64,000 nucleotides of DNA. It comes from a candidate division CSSED10-310 bacterium. Its GTDB lineage: Bacteria > CSSED10-310 > JAFGJC01. Shown here piece by piece: positions 36,796 to 45,101 of the stretch (the first letter of the stretch is position 1; each line of letters begins with the position of its first letter). The notes beneath the pieces were generated by a model. The model worked only from the letters and a program-made list of their open reading frames with translations, ran no database searches and was not told the DNA's origin. The position numbers and the translations under genes were made by a program. The DNA lies in contig JAFGLW010000013.1 in assembly GCA_016927905.1 (NCBI GenBank), positions 159,810 through 223,809 on the forward strand. Reading direction: 5' to 3'.

Positions 36796-38757
36796 TACCA
36801 GGAATTCCACGATATCCCGGACTGCGATACCGTCCTGGCCGGCGTCTTTCGACGCGTCCTCCAGCATTCTCAGGCAGAATGGGCAGGCGGTGGCCACGGC
36901 ATCCGGTTTCAGATCGACCAGCTGTTTCCAGCGTTCGGCGTTGATCCGCCGGCCTTCCTCCTCCAGCCAGAACATGCCGCCGCCGCCGCCGCAGCAGAAG
37001 CTGTGTTCCCGGGTTTCGGCCGGTTCGACGAGCCGGATGCCGGGGACGCCCCGCAGCGCGTCCCGGGGCGGTTCGTACAGGTTGTTGGCCCGGCCCAGAT
37101 AACAGGAGTCATGAACGGCGACCCGCATGGATGCACCGGCATCCACCCGGATCCTGTGCTGTTGAAACAGCGACTGGATGAGCTGGGAATGGTGGAGCAC
37201 TTCGTACCGAGCGCCGAATTTCGGGTATTCATTCTTGAAGGTGTTATATCCATGGGGGCAGGCGGTCAGGATTTTTTTGACACCCAGCTCGTTGAACAGC
37301 TCGATATTTGTCTGGATGAGGGTCTGCCCGACAGCTTCCTCGCCCAGGCGGCGGGCGGTTTCCCCGCAGCAGCTTTCTTTTTCCCCCAGTATGCCGAACG
37401 AAACACCGGCGGATTTCAAAAACCGGATCAGGGCTCGGCTGACTCTCTGGGCCCGGTCGTCGAACGATGCGGCGCAGCCCAGGAACAGGAGGTATTCCAC
37501 GTCCGGATGATCGGCGAACCGCGGGATGTCAAGGTCTCTGGCCCAGTCCATCCGAGTGGCCGCGCCCACTCCCCAGGGATTGGCGTTCGTTTCCAGGCCT
37601 TTGAACACCCGTTTGAGTTCAGTGGGGAAAGTGCCCTCCATCAGGACCTGGCTCTGGCGGAGCTGGACGATCTTGGGGAACTGCTCATTCTTGACCGGGC
37701 AGACCTGGACGCACGCCCCGCAGGTCGTGCAGGACCATATTTCCGAGCCGGAATAGGTGCCGGCCATAAGGGGTTTGAATCCGTTGTCCGGTTTCAGAAA
37801 ATGCTCCTGTCCCTGGGCCAGCAGGGTTTCCCGCATGTGAATGATGATGTTCTTGGGCGAGAGGGCTTTCTCGGTGCGGTATGCCGGGCAGTAATCCTGG
37901 CACCGGCCGCAGTCCATGCACGCGAAACCGTCCAGGAGATCTTTCCAGGTGAAATCGGTCAGTTTCTCCACCCCGAACACTTCCGCCTCTTCGCTTTCGA
38001 TATCCAGCGGTTTGACGCTGTTGACCGGGTTGCGGTTGCGGAACGCGATGTTGATCGGGCCGGTGATCATGTGGATGTATTTTGAATGCGGCACGTAGGC
38101 GACGAACAGGAACACATTCACGATGTGCAGCCACCAGTGAATTCTGACATTCAGTTCCATTGCCGGGGTAGTGGTCAGGATAACCCGGGTCCAGTCCGCC
38201 ACCGCCGTTCCCGCGAACGACCACCGGGCATGGCCTGGATGCAGTGCGATCAGGCCGCCTTCATACAACAGGAATGTCGCGGTGACGGTGGTGAGAAACA
38301 GGTAGATGTATGCCGAATCCAGTGTGGTGTATGTGTATGAATCCGGTCTGAAGATATACCGCCGGATGACGAAATACAGGACTGCGAGCAGGACCATGAC
38401 CGCGAATATATCCACCCACAGGGACCAGATATGACCCGTCAGGCCGTGCCCGAACGGGATGAAATTGGCCTTAAAACCTTCCAGAATATGGGTGATGCTG
38501 ACCATATCGAATGTCAACGACCCGTACAGAATGAAGAAATGAATGAGTCCGGTGGCGATCCGTTCTTTTTTGACGGAACAGCGCAGGAAAAAGAATGAGG
38601 TGACCGGGTCGACGATCCGCCGCCATCTGCTGTCAAACCGGTTTTCGTTCCGGCCCAGCCGGACCAGCCGGTACCTCATGACGAGCGGTCTGGAGAACCC
38701 GTAAACCGTCAATCCCAGCAACGCGACGAAAACCAGAATTTCAACGACGGAAAGCAT
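36763..38757 (-). CDS. Membrane-bound Fe-S oxidoreductase (HdrD/GlpC/FadF-like; putative ETF:quinone oxidoreductase)
   Basis: N-terminal TM region, CMDCGRCQDYCP and CTTCGACVQVCP ferredoxin motifs, two CCG domains. Confidence 0.9.
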   Translation of the reverse strand: MLSVVEILVFVALLGLTVYGFSRPLVMRYRLVRLGRNENRFDSRWRRIVDPVTSFFFLRCSVKKERIATGLIHFFILYGSLTFDMVSITHILEGFKANFIPFGHGLTGHIWSLWVDIFAVMVLLAVLYFVIRRYIFRPDSYTYTTLDSAYIYLFLTTVTATFLLYEGGLIALHPGHARWSFAGTAVADWTRVILTTTPAMELNVRIHWWLHIVNVFLFVAYVPHSKYIHMITGPINIAFRNRNPVNSVKPLDIESEEAEVFGVEKLTDFTWKDLLDGFACMDCGRCQDYCPAYRTEKALSPKNIIIHMRETLLAQGQEHFLKPDNGFKPLMAGTYSGSEIWSCTTCGACVQVCPVKNEQFPKIVQLRQSQVLMEGTFPTELKRVFKGLETNANPWGVGAATRMDWARDLDIPRFADHPDVEYLLFLGCAASFDDRAQRVSRALIRFLKSAGVSFGILGEKESCCGETARRLGEEAVGQTLIQTNIELFNELGVKKILTACPHGYNTFKNEYPKFGARYEVLHHSQLIQSLFQQHRIRVDAGASMRVAVHDSCYLGRANNLYEPPRDALRGVPGIRLVEPAETREHSFCCGGGGGMFWLEEEGRRINAERWKQLVDLKPDAVATACPFCLRMLEDASKDAGQDGIAVRDIVEFLVSVPAPAGTAD

Positions 38758-38770
38758 GATCCCTCCGGAA

Positions 38771-39736
38771 TCAGTTCAGAATCTTGATCAACTCTTCCTT
38801 CAACACCGGAACGACCTTGAACAGATCACCCACGATGGCGAAATCGGCCTTGTTCATGATCGGAGCGTCGGGATCCTTGTTGACGGCGATGATGAACCGG
38901 GACGACCCCATCCCGGCGAAATGCTGAATCGCGCCGGAGATCCCGCAGGCGATATAGAGTACCGGCGAAACGACTTTCCCGGTCTGACCCACCTGGTGTT
39001 TGTAGGGGATCCAGTCGGAATCGACAGCCGCCCGGGATGCGCCCACCGCGGCATTCAGAACTTGCGCTAGGTCGCGGATCACGCCGAATCCTTCCGGACC
39101 GCCCACGCCGCGTCCACCGGATACGATGATATCCGCTTCGGTCACGTCCAGCACGCCTTGTGCGGCCTGGATGGCCTGTTTGACCTGAGCCCGGATGGAT
39201 GCGGTATCGGGATCCAGGCGGACAACCTGAGCCTGCTGCCCGGACGGTGATGCCGGTTCAAAGACATTGGGTCGCAGGGAAATGATTCTGGGTGATCCCG
39301 GCAGTTCCACTTCCGCCAGCAGTTTGCCGCTGTATACCGGCCTTACAACACTGACCGGATCGCTGTCGTAGTGGATCCGAATCACGTCCGAAGCCAGAGC
39401 GCCGTTCAGTCTGGCGGCCAGCCGGGCGGTCAGGTCGCGGCCCATTCCGGTAGCACCCATCAGGATAATGTTCGCGCTGCATTGCCGGGCCGCATGCGCA
39501 GCGGCCGCGGTATAAGATTCGCTGTTGTATTTTCCGTATCGTTCGCCTTCCACCGTGTATACCGTCGAAAATCCCAGCGCTCCCAACTCCCCGGCAAGTT
39601 GCGTTTCAGTCAGAAGAAGGGCGGCAGCCGGGACGGACCGGCGCCTGGACAGTTCCATTGCCGCACCAGCCGCTTCACGGGTTGTTTTGTGGATGGTGCC
39701 GTTACGGGTTTCGGCGATAACCAGTATTCCTGTCAT
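38771..39736 (-). CDS. etfA: Electron transfer flavoprotein alpha subunit
   Basis: IIVSGGRG, GASRAAVD, QVGQTGK, GISGAIQH. Confidence 0.95.
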   Translation of the reverse strand: MTGILVIAETRNGTIHKTTREAAGAAMELSRRRSVPAAALLLTETQLAGELGALGFSTVYTVEGERYGKYNSESYTAAAAHAARQCSANIILMGATGMGRDLTARLAARLNGALASDVIRIHYDSDPVSVVRPVYSGKLLAEVELPGSPRIISLRPNVFEPASPSGQQAQVVRLDPDTASIRAQVKQAIQAAQGVLDVTEADIIVSGGRGVGGPEGFGVIRDLAQVLNAAVGASRAAVDSDWIPYKHQVGQTGKVVSPVLYIACGISGAIQHFAGMGSSRFIIAVNKDPDAPIMNKADFAIVGDLFKVVPVLKEELIKILN

Positions 39737-39772
39737 TCCAGGTCTCCTTCCAGTCCGTCCGGACACACCGGT

Positions 39773-40546
39773 TCAAATGATTTTCGCTTCATCAGACAAC
39801 CATGCGACCGCATCCCTGGCTGTCGCGTCCGGTTCACCTTTCACCACCCGTCCCGCCTGCCTGGCCGGCGGCGATGACAGGATTTTGACGCGGCTTCTGG
39901 GCGGTTCGAACGCGAGATTCAGATCGGACAGCGTAACGGATTTGATTTCCTTTGTTTTGGCCCGTTTGATCTTGATCAGCGTGGGATACCGGGGTTCGTT
40001 CAGGTCCTTGGAGCAGGACACGATGGCGGGCAACGTGGATTCAATTTCCAGAGATCCCCCGTCCATTTCCCGGACTGCTGTGAGTTTCGACGATTCGACC
40101 GATAGTTTTCCCACATTGCCGACATGAGGCAGATCCAGGTACTCGGCGATGACGGCGGCCAGCGCATCCTCCTGGGTGTCGATCCATTCCCGGCCGCATA
40201 ATACCAGGGACGGGTTCAGGGGTTTGATGGCTTCGGCCAGGATCCGTCCCTTGGTCACGATGTCGGTTTCCACCGCCCCGGGATCGGTGATCATCATCGC
40301 CCGGTCCACGCCCATGGCCAATGCGGTCAGAACCGCCGATTCCGCTTCGGCCGGACCGATACAGATCCCCACGACCTCCCCGCCGGTCGATTCGGCGATC
40401 GACAGAGCCTCCTCAACCGCAAATTCGTCATATGGATTCAGAATGAATTTAACGTCCTCCGTCAATATTCCCTGGGGTCGTGACGGATCCGGCCGGACGA
40501 CGGCCTCCGTGTCCGGCACCTGTTTCAAAATCACCACGATGGTCAT
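39773..40546 (-). CDS. etfB: Electron transfer flavoprotein beta subunit
   Basis: KQVPD, NPYDEFAVEEAL, ALAMGVD, NEPRYP. Confidence 0.95.
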   Translation of the reverse strand: MTIVVILKQVPDTEAVVRPDPSRPQGILTEDVKFILNPYDEFAVEEALSIAESTGGEVVGICIGPAEAESAVLTALAMGVDRAMMITDPGAVETDIVTKGRILAEAIKPLNPSLVLCGREWIDTQEDALAAVIAEYLDLPHVGNVGKLSVESSKLTAVREMDGGSLEIESTLPAIVSCSKDLNEPRYPTLIKIKRAKTKEIKSVTLSDLNLAFEPPRSRVKILSSPPARQAGRVVKGEPDATARDAVAWLSDEAKII

Positions 40547-41715
40547 GTCCTGGATCCTCCCGTGATCCGTTGCAGTCCCTGCGCCTCTTCCCGGTAGTTC
40601 CTGGCCGGTTCGGTCCCGTCCAGAACCCGCGCGGCGGCATCCCGCAGCGCGCCCATCTCGTCTCCTCCGGGATAGGCCAGAACCGGTGCAGCCCATTCGA
40701 TCCGCTCCCGGATCCAGGTCAGGATCCTGCGGTCGTGGGTGATGCCTCCGGTCAGCACGAACGCGTCGATTGTTCCGTTGAATACGGCCAGCAGGGAGCA
40801 GATTTCCTTGGATATCTGGTAAGTCATCGCCTGCAGGCACAATTCGACCCGCTCCCGTGTGATGCCTGGTTTGAGCAGGTTCTGTTCCGTTTCCGGAGTC
40901 GTCTGGTTATCCAGGAACCGCTCCAGGAAGATGAGATCGGAAGTCCCCAGATAGGCCACAAGCCCGCCCCGGCCCTTGACTTTCAGTTTCAATTCGGCAG
41001 GCGAGTACTTCCCGGACAGGCACATCTTCAGAAATCCCCCCACCGGCACGCCGCCCGAGCGCTGCGGCGTAAACGGTCCTTCCCCGTCCAGCGCGTTGTT
41101 GACATCAACCACGCGGCCGTGTTTGTGCGCACCGATACTGATACCGCCCCCGCCATGCATCACGATCATGTCGCATTCCTCATAGGGCTTCCCGATCCGC
41201 TCCGCCGCCAGCCGGGCGACCCGTTTCTGGTTCAACGCATGCAGGATGGATATTCTTGGGTTTTCGGGCATTCCGGAAAACCGGGCGACCATTTCCATTT
41301 CATCGACCACGACCGGGTCGGCGATGAACGCGGGGATCTGCAGCGGGGCGGCGATGGAATGAGCCAGCAACCCGCCCAGATTGGAAGCATGTTCGCCGTA
41401 GTGGCCGTTGCCGAGATCGTGAAGAACCGCATCGTCCACCCGGTATGTTCCGCTGGGAATGGGTCGAAGAAGACCGCCCCGCCCGATCACCGCATCCAGG
41501 GTATCCGGAGAAACTTTCATGTCCCGGATGGTTTGATTCAGCAGCCCGGATCGGAAGGAAAGCTGGGCGGTTATGGGTTTCGAATCGAATTCCTCCAGGT
41601 TTTTCGGGGAATACCGGACGGTCTTGTGGAACATTTTCTTTGCTCCTTCGAAATACGAAATCTCGTCGCTGGTCGATCCCGGATTGACCACCAGAATTCT
41701 GTAATCCTTACTCAA
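40543..41715 (-). CDS. buk: Butyrate kinase family protein (divergent)
   Basis: NPGSTS, GRGG, HASNLG, DPVVVDE, HALNQK, GEGPFTP, LTGGI. Confidence 0.88.
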   Translation of the reverse strand: MSKDYRILVVNPGSTSDEISYFEGAKKMFHKTVRYSPKNLEEFDSKPITAQLSFRSGLLNQTIRDMKVSPDTLDAVIGRGGLLRPIPSGTYRVDDAVLHDLGNGHYGEHASNLGGLLAHSIAAPLQIPAFIADPVVVDEMEMVARFSGMPENPRISILHALNQKRVARLAAERIGKPYEECDMIVMHGGGGISIGAHKHGRVVDVNNALDGEGPFTPQRSGGVPVGGFLKMCLSGKYSPAELKLKVKGRGGLVAYLGTSDLIFLERFLDNQTTPETEQNLLKPGITRERVELCLQAMTYQISKEICSLLAVFNGTIDAFVLTGGITHDRRILTWIRERIEWAAPVLAYPGGDEMGALRDAAARVLDGTEPARNYREEAQGLQRITGGSRT

Positions 41716-41775
41716 GATCTCCTCCTTGCCGGTTATAAAATGATCGGAACGAACGTCTCGATTAAGATGCGAAAT

Positions 41776-42909
41776 CTAGCATAAAAACGAATTCCGGGCA
41801 ACAGCCTGGCCGGAACCGAAAAACGGCGGTGTTTCGATCAGTATCCGGACGATCGTTTCCGCTGCCCGGCCGGTTCCAAAGGGATTAACCGGAATTTCGG
41901 GAAACCCCGTTCCATCCATCCGGATCAGGTTTTTCAGTATGGTATCCTTTCGGCGGCCGCCCAGGACGGCAACGCCCAGGTCGAACAATTCACGGTATTC
42001 GGATGTATCGTCCAGCGCCAGGCACGGTTTCCCCGCGTAAAACGCCTCCTTCAGAACACCGGATGAATCGGTCGCCACCAGGTGGGCGGACAGGAGCAGG
42101 GACAGGAAATCCAGGTAGGACAGGGGCGGTAACTCGATGATCCGGTCGTTCCGTTTCAATACCGGTTCCAGCCCGAATTCGGCGATGCGGGTCCCGGTTC
42201 GCGGGTGAACGGGAAAAACCAGAGGGCGGGGCCACGCGGAAAACGCAGACAGGATTTCCGCAAGAATGGCCCGGTCATCCACCGATTCGGCCCGGTGAAG
42301 CGTAACCAGATCATAACAATCGGGCAGGTTCAATTTGGTACGGAGATCATCGAACCGGTCTTCCGCTGTTTTCCGGTTGATACAAAATGTATCCAGGGTG
42401 ATGTCTCCGGACAGGAAGATCCGTGCTTTTTCGACACCTTCCCGCTCCAGGTTTTCCACTGCCCTGGGAATGGGCGCAAACAGGTAATCCGCGCAGTGGT
42501 CGGCCATCTTCTTGTTGATTTCCTCGGGACGCCAGATGCATTCCCGCATTCCGGCCTCCACATGGGCGTTCGGGATGTGGCGGTAATAGGCGGCCAGGGA
42601 CGCCGCCAGGGTCGTGTTGGTGTCACCCATGCTGATGACCCGGTCCGGCCGGCATTTTTGCAGAACGGGATCGAGACGGGAAAGGATCAGTCCCGTCTGA
42701 ACGGCGGGAGGGGCGGATCCGACGGCCAGGTTGACATCGATGGGAGGAAAATCGAAATCCCGGAGAAAAATCCCGGACAGGTTCATGTCGTAATGTTGTC
42801 CGGAATGGATCAGGAAAATCTCGATGCAGCCCCGGTCGCGGATGGCTTTGAGAAGCGGAGCGCATTTGATGAAATGGGGGCGGTTCCCCAACACGATCGC
42901 CATTTTCAT
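41776..42909 (-). CDS. wecB: UDP-N-acetylglucosamine 2-epimerase (non-hydrolysing)
   Basis: GNRPHFIK, HSGQHYD, HVEAGMR, PEEIN, TDSSGVLKEA. Confidence 0.92.
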   Translation of the reverse strand: MKMAIVLGNRPHFIKCAPLLKAIRDRGCIEIFLIHSGQHYDMNLSGIFLRDFDFPPIDVNLAVGSAPPAVQTGLILSRLDPVLQKCRPDRVISMGDTNTTLAASLAAYYRHIPNAHVEAGMRECIWRPEEINKKMADHCADYLFAPIPRAVENLEREGVEKARIFLSGDITLDTFCINRKTAEDRFDDLRTKLNLPDCYDLVTLHRAESVDDRAILAEILSAFSAWPRPLVFPVHPRTGTRIAEFGLEPVLKRNDRIIELPPLSYLDFLSLLLSAHLVATDSSGVLKEAFYAGKPCLALDDTSEYRELFDLGVAVLGGRRKDTILKNLIRMDGTGFPEIPVNPFGTGRAAETIVRILIETPPFFGSGQAVARNSFLC

Positions 42910-42928
42910 TGCTGCAGAACCATCCCAG

Positions 42929-43738
42929 TCAACCTTCCCCGGTCACCCGGAACCGGCCTGCAATCCATCTGCCGGCCTGGTAAATCCAGCCGCTGAACAC
43001 AACCGCCAAAAACAACCCGATCACGACCGCCGATCCGGTTGCGCATGTGCCGGAAAAGGAGTTCAATCCGTATTCAGCCGGTGATGCGGCCATTTCCCGG
43101 AACAACCTTAAAATATCATCCGACCGGAGCATCCAGAAGTTGGGGACATGACCGGCCGGATATCCGAACCCGAACCGGTTGACCAGCTGTGTGCTCACGA
43201 TGGTTCCCATTTCGAAGAAATCTCCGGTCAGATTGGTAAATGACGCCAGGCCGATGATGAGACCCGGACCCAGAGACCAGAATGCTTTCCTGGACAGGGA
43301 ATACACAAACAGAAACACCCCGGGAAACACCGACAGGATGAACGGTGACAACACGCAGATGAAATAGCTGATATCCCCTGCCGGCTCGAAACCGGTCAGC
43401 CGGCCCGCATACCGGGTTGTCCGGGGCTCGATGAACGGAAACAGACGCTGCAGGGCCGCTGCGCCGTATTCCCGGCCCAGGATCAGTTCGGATACCGAAC
43501 CACCCGAGCAGACGCATCCCGCGCAATGAAACAACTCATGAACGGGCACGTAGATGAACCATGTAATAGTCAGAGACAGCCCGATTTTCAAAACGAGCGG
43601 CACACGGTTTTTCCGCTGCGCCTGGATAATGTCCACCAGCCGCATCAGATCGTAAAACGCCCGGTTCCAGCCTGAAAACAGAAAATTCATGAGTTTTCTG
43701 TTAGGAGAATGTTCAGGCGGTTGCAGCGGAGCGGTCAT
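42929..43738 (-). CDS. Hypothetical integral membrane protein with HExxH motif (putative metallopeptidase)
   Basis: YVPVHELFH at the end of a TM segment; about 5 TM segments. Start uncertain. Confidence 0.6.
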   Translation of the reverse strand: MTAPLQPPEHSPNRKLMNFLFSGWNRAFYDLMRLVDIIQAQRKNRVPLVLKIGLSLTITWFIYVPVHELFHCAGCVCSGGSVSELILGREYGAAALQRLFPFIEPRTTRYAGRLTGFEPAGDISYFICVLSPFILSVFPGVFLFVYSLSRKAFWSLGPGLIIGLASFTNLTGDFFEMGTIVSTQLVNRFGFGYPAGHVPNFWMLRSDDILRLFREMAASPAEYGLNSFSGTCATGSAVVIGLFLAVVFSGWIYQAGRWIAGRFRVTGEG

Positions 43739-43889
43739 GATTTTATGAGAGTATCCGTTCGCACCCGGCAGGTCAACCGGTTCGGACGTGTAAGCGTCAT
43801 TGCATGACGGATTTCCCGCCGCCCGATGGGTACGGTGGACATCCAGGGAAAATATGCCATAATGAACCGGATTTGCAGCGGAGGGCGGC

Positions 43890-45062
43890 GTGAGCGTCAA
43901 ATCGGGATTGCAGAGATTACTGGAAACGGAGATATCACGTTACCGGGGAAGCAGCCTGGGACTGGTCTGCAACGCCACTTCGGTGAACGAATCGCTGCAG
44001 CATTCGGTGAAACTGCTTCACGAGCACCCGGATGCCCAACTGGGCGCGATATTCGGGCCGCAGCACGGCATATTCGGCGAAACCCAGGACAACATGGTGG
44101 AATGGGAGAGTTACCGGGACACCCAGACCGGTCTGCCGGTATACAGTCTGTACAGCCAGACCCGGATCCCGTCACCGGACATGATGGAAGAACTGGATGT
44201 CATGATTTTCGACATGCAGGATGTGGGCGCGCGGTATTACACGTTTATTTATACCATGGCCCACGTGATGACCGCCTGCAAGCGGGATGGCAAGAAAGCG
44301 GTTGTCCTGGACCGGCCCAATCCTCTTGGCGGGGAGCAACTGGAAGGGAACCTGCTCAAAAACCGCTATGCCTCCTTTGTGGGGATGTACCCGATCCTGA
44401 TCCGCCACGGCATGACGGTGGGTGAACTGGCGCTGATGTTCAACCGGGAGTTCGGGATCGAATGCGACCTGGACGTCATCCCCATGGACGGATGGGAACG
44501 GCGCATGTGGTTTGATGAAACCGGTCTGCCGTGGGTGATACCGTCTCCCAACATGCCCACCCTGGACACCGCCATCGTCTATCCCGGCATGTGTCTTCTG
44601 GAAGGAACGAATCTTTCTGAAGGACGGGGAACGACCCGACCTTTTGAATTGTTCGGCGCACCCTTCATCGATCCCAACCACCTGGCGGCAGCACTGAACA
44701 ACCTGGAACTGCCGGGAGCCGTATTCCGAGCGGTCCGGTTCCGGCCCACGTTCCAGAAATGGAAAGGCATCGTATGCGGAGGAAACCAGCTGCACGTGGT
44801 CGACCGGAACCGTTTCAGGCCGGCTCTGACGGCCATTTCGATCATCCGGAAGATCCGGCACATGTATCCCGAGCATTTTCGATGGCGGCTGCCGCCCTAT
44901 GAATATGAATATGAGAAATTACCCTTCGATATTCTGTCCGGCAGCTCCAAACTCCGGCGAATGATCGACTCGGATGCTGAAATCGGGGAAATAACCGAAA
45001 CCTGGGCAGGCGATGAAGCGACATTCAGGAATCTGCGGGCTAAATACATCCTGTATTCATGA
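43890..45062 (+). CDS. namZ: Exo-beta-N-acetylmuramidase NamZ (DUF1343) family
   Basis: GPQHG, FDMQDVGARYYTF, LDRPNPLGG, HGMTVGELA, SPNMP, SEGRGTTRPFE. Confidence 0.92.
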   Translation: MSVKSGLQRLLETEISRYRGSSLGLVCNATSVNESLQHSVKLLHEHPDAQLGAIFGPQHGIFGETQDNMVEWESYRDTQTGLPVYSLYSQTRIPSPDMMEELDVMIFDMQDVGARYYTFIYTMAHVMTACKRDGKKAVVLDRPNPLGGEQLEGNLLKNRYASFVGMYPILIRHGMTVGELALMFNREFGIECDLDVIPMDGWERRMWFDETGLPWVIPSPNMPTLDTAIVYPGMCLLEGTNLSEGRGTTRPFELFGAPFIDPNHLAAALNNLELPGAVFRAVRFRPTFQKWKGIVCGGNQLHVVDRNRFRPALTAISIIRKIRHMYPEHFRWRLPPYEYEYEKLPFDILSGSSKLRRMIDSDAEIGEITETWAGDEATFRNLRAKYILYS

Positions 45063-45101
45063 TCGCCGGCCCGAGCGCTCATCGCGTGATCCGGCCGGCC
45101 C

